From: Acidobacteriota bacterium
GTDB lineage: Bacteria; Acidobacteriota; UBA890; WLXD01
Assembly: GCA_965205505.1 (NCBI GenBank)
Contig: CBDBHB010000009.1
Span: 2,336,001 to 2,400,000, forward strand
Reading direction: 5' to 3'
Length of the DNA: 64,000 bases
Shown here: in pieces, positions 9,341 to 18,072 of the stretch
Position numbering within the stretch: the stretch's first letter is position 1
Layout of the letters: each line of letters opens with the position of its first letter
Notes under the pieces: model-generated
Told to the model about the DNA's origin: nothing
Seen by the model: only the letters and a program-made list of their open reading frames with translations
Database searches by the model: none
Made by a program: the position numbers and the translations under genes

Positions 9341-10189
9341 ATGAGAAGTTATCTGGTATCCGTTGTCGCTGGCGCAATGGCGACCCTCGTCGCCAGCCTC
9401 ACTACAGTTGGCGCCGGCCAGCTTCCGCTCTCCCCGGCTCGGGAAAGCGGCTCGTCGGTGTCGCCGGTCTTCGAGGGCTGGTTTCAGAACCCGGACGGCA
9501 CGTTTACGCTGTCGTTTGGTTACTTCAACCGCAACGCGGAAGAAGTGCTCGACATCCCGATCGGCGCGAACAATTTCATTGAGCCCGGCGACATCAACCA
9601 GGGACAGCCGACGCACTTTCTCACCAGCCGACACTGGGGCGTGTTTACCGTGACCGTCCCGGCTGATTTTGGCGACCAGCAGGCCGTATGGACCCTGATA
9701 TCGGGCGGTGAAACCATTGCCATTCCGGGTCACCTGCACGTCGACTACGAGCTTGAGGTTCTGAAGGACGGTGCCTCCGGTAACGCACCGCCGAGCATCA
9801 CGTTCGATCCGGGCAGCCCTGCGGTCCAGGGGCCGACTGGCGTTACTATCGGCCCGCGCACGGTCGCCGTCGGCACACCGCTGACCCTGTCGGTGTCGGG
9901 ACGCGATGATCTGGTGCGTCGACCGACCGACATTCCGTTCGGCCCCGCGGATCGCCCGGCGATCACCATGACCTGGGTCAAGCATCAAGGGCCGGGGCAG
10001 GTCACGTTCAGCGAGCCGATGGTCGCGATCGACAGCGCCAGCGGGGACACAACGACCACCGCGACGTTCAGCGAGCCGGGAGACTACCTCCTGCGGGTAA
10101 CCGCGAACGATTACTCGGGGATCCGGCGCGCCGGGAACGCACAGTGTTGTTGGACGAACGGCTTTGTAAGAGTCCGAGTGACGGAATGA
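9341..10189 (+). CDS. Secreted hypothetical protein with Ig/PKD-like C-terminal domain
   Basis: Signal peptide, PVFEGWFQNPDGTFTLSFGYFNRN block, beta-rich TATFSEPGDYLLRVTAND, terminal CCWTN. Confidence 0.75.
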   Translation: MRSYLVSVVAGAMATLVASLTTVGAGQLPLSPARESGSSVSPVFEGWFQNPDGTFTLSFGYFNRNAEEVLDIPIGANNFIEPGDINQGQPTHFLTSRHWGVFTVTVPADFGDQQAVWTLISGGETIAIPGHLHVDYELEVLKDGASGNAPPSITFDPGSPAVQGPTGVTIGPRTVAVGTPLTLSVSGRDDLVRRPTDIPFGPADRPAITMTWVKHQGPGQVTFSEPMVAIDSASGDTTTTATFSEPGDYLLRVTANDYSGIRRAGNAQCCWTNGFVRVRVTE

Positions 10190-10234
10190 TCTCGGATGGA
10201 TCAGTCGCCGAGAACCCCTAAAGGGAGTGAGGTC

Positions 10235-11578
10235 ATGAGCGGGTTGCGTTTCACGGGTGGTGTGACGGCAGGCTGTTGCGTCTTCGCTCTGTTGCTGGTT
10301 GCGCCTGTGCTGGCGTCGGCGCAGACCGATGGCGAGGTCACCTTTGCCAAAGACGTGGCGCCGATCTTCCAGCAGAAGTGTCAGGTCTGCCATCAGCCCG
10401 ACTCCATCGGGCCGATGTCGTTGTTGACCTACGAGGAAGCGCGCCCATGGGCTCGGGAGATCAAGCAGAAGGTGCTCGCCCGGGTGATGCCGCCGTGGCA
10501 CATCGCCAAGAACGTTGGCATCAAGAGCTTCAAGAACGACCGCTCGCTGAGCGATGGGGAGATTGATCTGATCGCCCGATGGGTCGACACCGGCGCGCCG
10601 CTTGGCGACGTCAACGACCTGCCGCCTCCCGTCGAGTGGCCCGACCCGGAAGCCTGGCAGCTAGCGGAACGATTCGGCGAGCCAGATCTGATCGTGCGGT
10701 CGGCTCCGCACACGATGCCGGCCCGCGGGCAAGACAGGTGGTGGCGGCCGGTAGTCGACACCGGGCTGACAGAGCCTCGGTGGGTGCGGGCGATCGAGAT
10801 CAAACCGTCGTTCCCCGGTGGCCGCAAGATCGTCCATCACGTGTTGGCCAGTCTCGTTCAGGAGGAGGACGAAGTCACCCGTCTGGCGACTAGTTTCGAG
10901 GGGGCAACGCCGGGGGCCGGCCTCTTCATGGAGTGGGCAATCGGAAAAGTCGGCGAGATCTTCCCGGACGACGCCGGTAAGTTGATGCTCCCGGGCTCGA
11001 AGATCCGCTGGGAAGTCCACTATCACGCCATCGGCCGGGAGCTCAAAGACGACGTCGTCGAGATGGGGCTCTACTTCTATCCGAAGGGTCAAGAGCCAAG
11101 GTACCGCTCGATCCTGACCGGATTCAGCGGTCGGGAAGGGGAGATGGACATCCGCCCGAATCAGATCACCACGACCGTCGGTTTCACGGTGCTGAGAGCG
11201 CCGGCTCGACTCGAGAACTTCCAGCCCCACATGCACATGCGGGGCAAGGCGATGTCGATGGAGGCAATCTACCCGGACGGTCGCATCGAGCAGTTGAGCA
11301 CGGTCGACAACTTCCAGTGGAACTGGCATGTCAACTACGTTTACGCCGATGACGTCGCACCGGTGCTGCCGAGGGGCACGATCATCAAGATAACGACGTG
11401 GCACGACAACACCGCGGCCAACCCGGCCAACCCCGATCCGGCTCAGTGGGTGGGCTATGGCGAGCGAACGGTTGACGAGATGGGGTTTGCCTGGGTGGAT
11501 GTCACCTACCTAGAAGACGACGACTACGAGAAACTAGCTGCCGAACGACACGCGAGACAGGAGGGCAACGACCAGTAG
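10235..11578 (+). CDS. Cytochrome c / copper type II (PHM/DBH-like) monooxygenase fusion
   Basis: Signal peptide, CQVCH heme motif, VHH and EVHYH (CuH-like), PHMHMRG and DEM (CuM-like). Confidence 0.78.
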   Translation: MSGLRFTGGVTAGCCVFALLLVAPVLASAQTDGEVTFAKDVAPIFQQKCQVCHQPDSIGPMSLLTYEEARPWAREIKQKVLARVMPPWHIAKNVGIKSFKNDRSLSDGEIDLIARWVDTGAPLGDVNDLPPPVEWPDPEAWQLAERFGEPDLIVRSAPHTMPARGQDRWWRPVVDTGLTEPRWVRAIEIKPSFPGGRKIVHHVLASLVQEEDEVTRLATSFEGATPGAGLFMEWAIGKVGEIFPDDAGKLMLPGSKIRWEVHYHAIGRELKDDVVEMGLYFYPKGQEPRYRSILTGFSGREGEMDIRPNQITTTVGFTVLRAPARLENFQPHMHMRGKAMSMEAIYPDGRIEQLSTVDNFQWNWHVNYVYADDVAPVLPRGTIIKITTWHDNTAANPANPDPAQWVGYGERTVDEMGFAWVDVTYLEDDDYEKLAAERHARQEGNDQ

Positions 11579-11646
11579 AAAAGACCATCGAACGACGACA
11601 GACGGACACCCCTTGAGGGGAGGGCAGCGGAGTCTTTCCGGGGCTG

Positions 11647-13017
11647 TCACGGGCGCCCGACGACGAGGATCTTCAAATCGTTCACATTGGTGCCGGTAGT
11701 CCCTGTCAACACCGCGGCCGACAGCCGCCGCAAGGCGGTGCCCGCGTCGTGGGCACGAAGATACCCAGGGAGATCGAGCCCCATCCGGCGAGCCTCGCCG
11801 GCCACCGAACCATCGACCAGCCCACCGGCGAGATCCGTCGGCCCGTCCGTTCCGTCGGTGTCGATGCCCAAGACGACCACATTGCTCAAGCCGCCGATCC
11901 CGATGGCAGCGCTCAGCGCGAATTCCTGGTTGGGCCCGCCTTCACCTGCCGGGCCGTCGATCCGGACTGTGGTCTCGCCGCCGCCGATGACAACGCATGG
12001 TGGGCGCACAGGCCGACCGTTGTGGCAGACTTCCTTGGCGATTCCGGCGAACCTGTTTCCGAGTTCAGCACTCTCGCCCTCGAGCATGGTCGATAGGATG
12101 ATCGTCTCGTAACCCAGGGTCTCGGCACGCTGGGCCGCGCCAACACAGGCGCGGTCGCCCGGCACCACCACCAGACTCTGCGTCGGTCGATCCGCGAAAT
12201 CCTCTGGCTTTGGTGTTTCCTGATCCACGCAGGCGCTGCGAAGGTAGGCCGCTACCGAGGCCGGTACCCGTGACCAAAGCCCGTAGTTGTTCAGCATTGC
12301 CCTCGCGTCTTCCAACGTCGACGTGTCCGGTACGGTGGGATCGGTGATGCAGTCGAGAGCGTCTCCAATAACGTCGGAGACCGTGAGGTTGATTAGCGGT
12401 ACTTGCGCCGGCATGCGCAGCGCCAGACGACCTCCCTTTACGCGGCTGATGTGCTTTCGAACCGCGTTTATCTCGGTAATCTTGGCACCGCAGGTCAACA
12501 GGGCATGGGTCGTTTCCTGCTTGTCTTGCAGGGAAATCCCGCCCACCGGATCGACGAACAGCGACGAGCTTCCACCGGTGAAGCAAGCGATGACGAGGTC
12601 TTGGGGTTTGACGCGGTTGAGCAGAGCTTTGGTCTGTAGCGCCCCGAGCCGCGAAGCCTCGTCGGGCACCGGGTGGGCAGCGAAATGCTGTGGGATATGT
12701 TGCAGCCGTGCGTCCGCGCCGTGCTTGCCGACTATCAGACCGCCGCTGATTCTGTTCTCTAGCAGCTCTTCCAGGGCGCGGGCGATCGGGAAGCTGGCCT
12801 TTCCAGCCCCCACAACGAAGATTCGCCGGTCGGACGCGATTTCGTAGCTCCGGTCGGCCACGGCCAGGTTGCGGCCGTCGAATGAGATCAGGGCCTTGGT
12901 AGCTTCGTACGGGTCCGCGGCTGCCAGGCCGTGACTAGCGATATCTAGTGCGACTCGCCGCAAATCGGCGATACCGTGGCCTATCAGCTCTTCGGCGTTG
13001 CGAAAACCCGACCACAC
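11647..13017 (-). CDS. Glycerate 2-kinase family (DUF4147/MOFRL)
   Basis: VGAGKA, AAHPVPD, GGSSSL, VRKHISRVKGGRLA, SDVIGD, GGETTV, GGPNQE, DTDGTDG, TGTNVND; GTG start 13017 with GGAAGG RBS. Confidence 0.88.
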   Translation of the reverse strand: MWSGFRNAEELIGHGIADLRRVALDIASHGLAAADPYEATKALISFDGRNLAVADRSYEIASDRRIFVVGAGKASFPIARALEELLENRISGGLIVGKHGADARLQHIPQHFAAHPVPDEASRLGALQTKALLNRVKPQDLVIACFTGGSSSLFVDPVGGISLQDKQETTHALLTCGAKITEINAVRKHISRVKGGRLALRMPAQVPLINLTVSDVIGDALDCITDPTVPDTSTLEDARAMLNNYGLWSRVPASVAAYLRSACVDQETPKPEDFADRPTQSLVVVPGDRACVGAAQRAETLGYETIILSTMLEGESAELGNRFAGIAKEVCHNGRPVRPPCVVIGGGETTVRIDGPAGEGGPNQEFALSAAIGIGGLSNVVVLGIDTDGTDGPTDLAGGLVDGSVAGEARRMGLDLPGYLRAHDAGTALRRLSAAVLTGTTGTNVNDLKILVVGRP

Positions 13018-13049
13018 GAACAGCCTTCCCCGGGCGACCGAGCCGCTGC

Positions 13050-14342
13050 CTATACCGGACGCCGGAAATCGTGTCCGGCGTAGCGGGCGACCGCGCCCAG
13101 CTCCTCCTCGATCTGTAGCAACCGATTGTGTTTGGCGGTGCGCTCGCCGCGGATTGGCATGCCGGTCTTGATCTGGCCGCTGTCGAGGCCCACCACCAGG
13201 TCGGCGATGATCGGGTCCTCGGTCTCGCCGGAACGCTCGGAGACCTGGACGCCGTAGCCGCTGCGGTAGGCGAACTCCGCCGCGTCCCAAGCCTCGCTCA
13301 GGGAACCGATCTGGTTCACCTTGAACAGCATAGCGTTGGCGGCGTTCACAGCAACCCCCTGTTTCAGGCGCTCGACGTTGGTGACGAAGAGATCGTTACC
13401 AACGATCTGGGTCTCTGGCAGTTCCCTGGTCAACTTGGCGAAGCCCTCCATGTCGTCCTCGTCGAGCGGGTCCTCTATCGAACCCAACGGATACTTCGCG
13501 GCCACCTGCTTATAGAGCTCGATCAAGGCCTCCCGATCGTACTTCTGGTCGCTCAACTCGTAGAGCCCGGCCGCTTTGTCGAACCAGTGGCTGGCCGCGC
13601 AATCGAGACCGTAGATGATCTCCTCGCCGAAGCCCACTTTGTAACCCGCATTCTCGCAGGCACGCTGCATGAACTCGAGGGGCTCCCAAATGCCGTGCAT
13701 CGGGGTCGCAAAGCCCCCTTCATCGCCAGTATTGGTTGCCAAGATCCCGTACTTCCCGATGACCACATCGCGCAGAGCCTCGTTGATCTCGGTGGTGATC
13801 TGCAAGGCATGACGGTAAGTCTCTGCTCCAACCGGGATGATGATGAACTCTTGAATCTCCAGCTCGTTCGCGGTCAGCTTTCCGCCGTTGAGGCAGTTCA
13901 TGAACGGCACCGGCAGAACGCGCGCTGTCGGACGCAGGTAGCGGTAGAGGGGAACGCCGCAGACACTTGCCGGCGCACGCGCCACCGCCAGCGACACGCC
14001 GACGATCGAATTGGCCCCTAACCGGCTCTTGTCGGGCGTTCCGTCGAGCCCGCACATAGCGACATCGATCTTCCGTTGATCGGTGACGTCCATACCGCGC
14101 ACGAGCTCTGCGATCTCGCCGTTCACGTTGGCCACCGCCTTCAGCACGCCCTGTCCGGAATACCGGTCAGGTTCGCCGTCCAACAGCACGTGAGCCTCGT
14201 GAGTGCCGGTCGAACGCCCCTGCGGCACGTCGGCGCGCCCAGCGAGCTTTCCGTCTACCCAGAGGTCGGCTTGGACGGTGGGCCAACCGCGGCAGTCGAT
14301 GATTTCGCGAGCCTTCACATCAGTGATTTCGAACCTGCCCAC
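13050..14342 (-). CDS. Divergent enolase-family protein
   Basis: Enolase motifs throughout (REIIDCRG, GDEGGF, SIEDP, KVNQIG, RSGETED, GQIKTG) with several active-site substitutions. Confidence 0.88.
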   Translation of the reverse strand: MGRFEITDVKAREIIDCRGWPTVQADLWVDGKLAGRADVPQGRSTGTHEAHVLLDGEPDRYSGQGVLKAVANVNGEIAELVRGMDVTDQRKIDVAMCGLDGTPDKSRLGANSIVGVSLAVARAPASVCGVPLYRYLRPTARVLPVPFMNCLNGGKLTANELEIQEFIIIPVGAETYRHALQITTEINEALRDVVIGKYGILATNTGDEGGFATPMHGIWEPLEFMQRACENAGYKVGFGEEIIYGLDCAASHWFDKAAGLYELSDQKYDREALIELYKQVAAKYPLGSIEDPLDEDDMEGFAKLTRELPETQIVGNDLFVTNVERLKQGVAVNAANAMLFKVNQIGSLSEAWDAAEFAYRSGYGVQVSERSGETEDPIIADLVVGLDSGQIKTGMPIRGERTAKHNRLLQIEEELGAVARYAGHDFRRPV

Positions 14343-14497
14343 ACATCCTCCGATGGTCTTGAAACATCATGAATGTACCTTGATCCACTGGCGCAGCGGA
14401 TACCACTATGATCTTCGGCGTTGATGGAAACCTGCCACCATTCGACGGGCCGATGGGCCCAGGCCAACACCACGAGGGGCGGATAGCCGAGACTCAA

Positions 14498-15988
14498 ATG
14501 GACGACTCACCCCAGCCCACAGCGGCAAGGGAGGCCACGACGCTCGAAACCGAGTTCAAGCGGGGACTCGGTCTCTTCGATTCCACGATGATCGTCGTCG
14601 GCTCGATGATCGGCTCGGGCATCTTCCTCGTATCTCCCGACATGGCCCGGCTGCTGGGAAGTCCTGGGTGGCTCTTGGTCGCGTGGGCCATCGCTGGCGT
14701 CCTGACGGTCGCGGCGGCCCTATCTTACGGAGAGCTTGCCGCCATGATGCCGCGTGCGGGTGGTCAGTATGTCTACATCCGCGAGGCGTTCTCGCCGCTG
14801 CTGGCTTTCCTGTACGGGTGGACGCTCTTCCTGGTCATCCAGACTGGCCTTATCGCGGCGGTCGGGGTCGCGTTCGCTCGCTATTCCCAATGGCTCTGGC
14901 CCTGGATCTCCGAGGAACGCTACATCATCCCGCCACTCCACCTGTCCACACGATACGCGGTCTCTTTGTCGACGGCCCAGTTGGTTGGCATAGGCATGAT
15001 CGCCTTCATCACATGGACCAATACGCGCGGGCTCAAGTACGGCAAACTCGTCCAGAACTCGTTCACCATCACCAAGACAGTTGCGCTGCTGGCGCTCATC
15101 GTCGTTGGTCTGACGCTCGGGTGGAGGGCTGGGGGCGGCGGGGTGAACTTCACAGACCTCTGGACGCCGCGTGGAGAGGTCTCCATCGTCCCCGGCTTGA
15201 CGGCGGCCACGACCTACGGTCTGTTCATCGCGGTCTGCGTGGCGCAGGTCGGATCACTGTTCGCGGCGGATGCCTGGAACAACATCACTTTCACCGCCGG
15301 CGAAGTGAGGAACCCACGCCGCAACCTCCCCTTGTCGTTGGCCCTCGGCACCACCATCGTGATCGCCCTGTACATCCTGACGAACGTTGCCTACCTGGCG
15401 ACGCTCCCCATCGAGCAGATTCAGACCGCACCCTCGGACCGAGTGGCTACGGCGACCATCGAAGCGATTTTCCCCGGTCTAGGCGTCGTTTTGATGTCGA
15501 TTGGCATCATGATCTCGACGTTTGGATGCAACAACGGGCACATACTGTCGGGGGCGCGAGCCTACTACGCCATGGCTCGCGATGGCCTGTTCTTCGCGGT
15601 GGCGGGGCGCCTCAACAAGGAGAAGGTGCCCGCGGCAGCCCTCGTGTTGCAGGGACTCTGGGCAGCCACGCTCATCCTGCCGAGAACTTTCGACCCAAAC
15701 ACCGGCACGTACGGCAACCTCTACAGCAACCTGCTCGACTACATCGTCTCGGCCTCCCTGCTCTTCTACATCTTGACCATTGCTGGCCTATTTCGTCTCC
15801 GCCGTACCCGTCCCGACGCGGAGCGGCCGTACCGCGCTTTCGGCTACCCGATCGTTCCGATCATCTACATGGCGGGCGCCGCCACCCTTGTAGTCGTTCT
15901 TTTCACCTACCGGACCTCCACGACGTGGCCGGGCCTGATCATCGTGCTCCTCGGCGTCCCGGTCTACTTCGTGTGGCGGCGCCAATAG
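14498..15988 (+). CDS. APC-family amino acid permease
   Basis: GSMIGSGIF, YGELAAMMPRAGGQYVY, AGEVRNPRRNLP, ERPYRAFGYP; many TM segments. Confidence 0.9.
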   Translation: MDDSPQPTAAREATTLETEFKRGLGLFDSTMIVVGSMIGSGIFLVSPDMARLLGSPGWLLVAWAIAGVLTVAAALSYGELAAMMPRAGGQYVYIREAFSPLLAFLYGWTLFLVIQTGLIAAVGVAFARYSQWLWPWISEERYIIPPLHLSTRYAVSLSTAQLVGIGMIAFITWTNTRGLKYGKLVQNSFTITKTVALLALIVVGLTLGWRAGGGGVNFTDLWTPRGEVSIVPGLTAATTYGLFIAVCVAQVGSLFAADAWNNITFTAGEVRNPRRNLPLSLALGTTIVIALYILTNVAYLATLPIEQIQTAPSDRVATATIEAIFPGLGVVLMSIGIMISTFGCNNGHILSGARAYYAMARDGLFFAVAGRLNKEKVPAAALVLQGLWAATLILPRTFDPNTGTYGNLYSNLLDYIVSASLLFYILTIAGLFRLRRTRPDAERPYRAFGYPIVPIIYMAGAATLVVVLFTYRTSTTWPGLIIVLLGVPVYFVWRRQ

Positions 15989-15989
15989 T

Positions 15990-16953
15990 TCAGCTGATCG
16001 CCTCGGCGCTGAGTGCGCCGCCCGCCGAGCAAGAGGCGCCGCCGAGCACGCAGAACTTGGCGCAGTGAGGGTGGTTCAGCTTCACGCCGCCGAGCGCATC
16101 GGCCAGGCGGTTGCCGAGCTCGAACTGCGGGTCATAGGGCAGCAACGTACAGGCTACGACGGTGGGCGAGGGCGCATCCTTGCGCTTGACCACCATGCGG
16201 CTGCTAGCGCACATCACGTCGCCGGGGTCGATGCCGAGGATGCCCCAACAATCGACCGTGATTTCGGGGACGTCGACGTTTGCGTCCATCTCGGGAAACA
16301 GGACCAGGGCGCCCGGATCATCGGCGTCGATGTTGACGGCCAGCTCGTGGAACAACTGACGGTAGCCTTCTCGTGCATCCTGTTCGCGTTCCTCCCAGCA
16401 GGTCCGTCCGGCAACGCTGATCGCGAATCCCGAGCTGGCCAGCCAGCGCAGACCCTCCAACGTTGGGGTCCACGAGCCGGCGCCGTGCTCGGTGTTGTGG
16501 AGGCGCTCAGTGTAGTGGTCGAGGCTGACCCGCAGGCGTAGCGACCCCCCGAAACGCTCGAGCAGCGCCAGCAGCGGCTCGCATACAGTCGGTCGCATCA
16601 GCGGCCGCATGGCATTGGTCAACACCTGCACCTGGAAGCCGCGCGACAGGGCGTCGTCGAGCATCTGCAGGAGCTTCCGAATTCATGAACGGCTCGCCCC
16701 CGGTGAAGCCGATCTCCGACGTGCCGAGACTCAGCGACTCGATCTCGTCGAGGTAGGAGCGCACCTCCGCCGCGGTCAGGTACGCGAGTCGGTCATTGAG
16801 CGGGCTCGACTCGATGTAGCAGTTGCGGCACTCGATGTTGCAGAGCGTGCCGGTGTTGAACCACAGGGTATCGAGCTTGCCCAGGCGTACCGAGGCGCGC
16901 CGCTCTCCATTGGCGGTGACGTCGGGATCCTGGAACTTGCTAGTCGCTAACAC
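15990..16953 (-). pseudogene. ArsS-related radical SAM protein, frameshifted near 16675
   Basis: CNIECRNC and FTGGEPF in one frame; VLTNAM...CTLLPYD...HPHCAKFC in another; one extra base joins them (FMNSE-LLQMLDD). Confidence 0.8.
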
Positions 16954-16969
16954 GGGTGCCGGTGCGCCA

Positions 16970-17896
16970 TCAACAACAGCTCTCCGGGTCGCAACAGGCC
17001 TCTGCTTCCGTAGTGACGTCGTAGCCTTGACCCTTCGTCTCGCGCGGGTTGCGCCGCGCGCCTTCCTTGCCACGGAAGGCCTCGACGGTCAGCGAGCGGA
17101 ACTCGATGCCGTCGACGGTTCGCCACGGCTCGGCCTGGCGCTCGAGCACGCGGATGCCGTAGAAACCGGCTTGCTCGAAAGCCTCCAGGAACCCACGCTC
17201 GGTAAAGGCGCCTGAGATGCATCCGCTCCACAGCTCGGAATCCCCCTGCATCTCCGGTGTCACCGGCTCGTCTGACACGATATCGGAGATCACCGCGCGA
17301 CCGCCCCGACGTAGCACGCGATGGATCCCGGAGAAGAGCAGTTCACGGGCCGCCGTGTCCACCAGGTTCAGCACGCAATTGGATAGCACCACGTCGATCG
17401 ACTCGGCTTCCACGAGCGGTTGCAGCCGGCGTAGCTCGTCGGCGCGCGCCTGGGAGGCGAGCATCTCCTCGTGGCTGCCGGCCGGACGAATGGCGAGCTC
17501 CTGGTCCAGCAGATCGAGATCGAGCGCTAAGTCCTGGATGCGCCCACGACGGAACTCGACGTTGGCGTAGCCGATGCGCTCGGCGACCACCGGTGCGTTG
17601 CGACGCGCCACCTCCAACATATCGGTGGTCATGTCGACGCCGATCACCTGGCCGGCGGGGCCAACTACCTGAGCGGCTATGAAGCAGATCTTGCCGGTAC
17701 CACTGCCGAGGTCCAGGACCGTCTCACCGGGACGCAGGTGCCGCGAAGGATCGCCACAGCCATAGTCCCGCTCGAGCACCTCGCTTGGTATTACCTCCAG
17801 GTACGACGGGTCGTACTCGGTGGGACAGCACAGATCGGCCACGCGCGCTTGGGCGCCCTCGGCGTAGCGCTCGCGAACGACCTTCTCTACGTTCAT
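16970..17896 (-). CDS. arsM: Arsenite methyltransferase-like SAM methyltransferase
   Basis: LCCP, YGCGDP, VLDLGSGTG, IGVDMT, SNCVLNL, WSGCISGA, C-terminal CC pairs. Confidence 0.75.
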   Translation of the reverse strand: MNVEKVVRERYAEGAQARVADLCCPTEYDPSYLEVIPSEVLERDYGCGDPSRHLRPGETVLDLGSGTGKICFIAAQVVGPAGQVIGVDMTTDMLEVARRNAPVVAERIGYANVEFRRGRIQDLALDLDLLDQELAIRPAGSHEEMLASQARADELRRLQPLVEAESIDVVLSNCVLNLVDTAARELLFSGIHRVLRRGGRAVISDIVSDEPVTPEMQGDSELWSGCISGAFTERGFLEAFEQAGFYGIRVLERQAEPWRTVDGIEFRSLTVEAFRGKEGARRNPRETKGQGYDVTTEAEACCDPESCC

Positions 17897-18072
17897 GGCA
17901 TCCATGTGATGTCGAATCCTCGAGCTGTGGCGCTGCAGGCGACGAGACCGCGCAACGATGCGTCCACAACGAGTATCAGCCGGCCGGTGACCAATTGGGA
18001 GTCCCTGCTGTGATGCTCGTGAGATGGCTTACGCAGGTCAGCATGTCTCCCACACACCGTCCTGACCGAACA

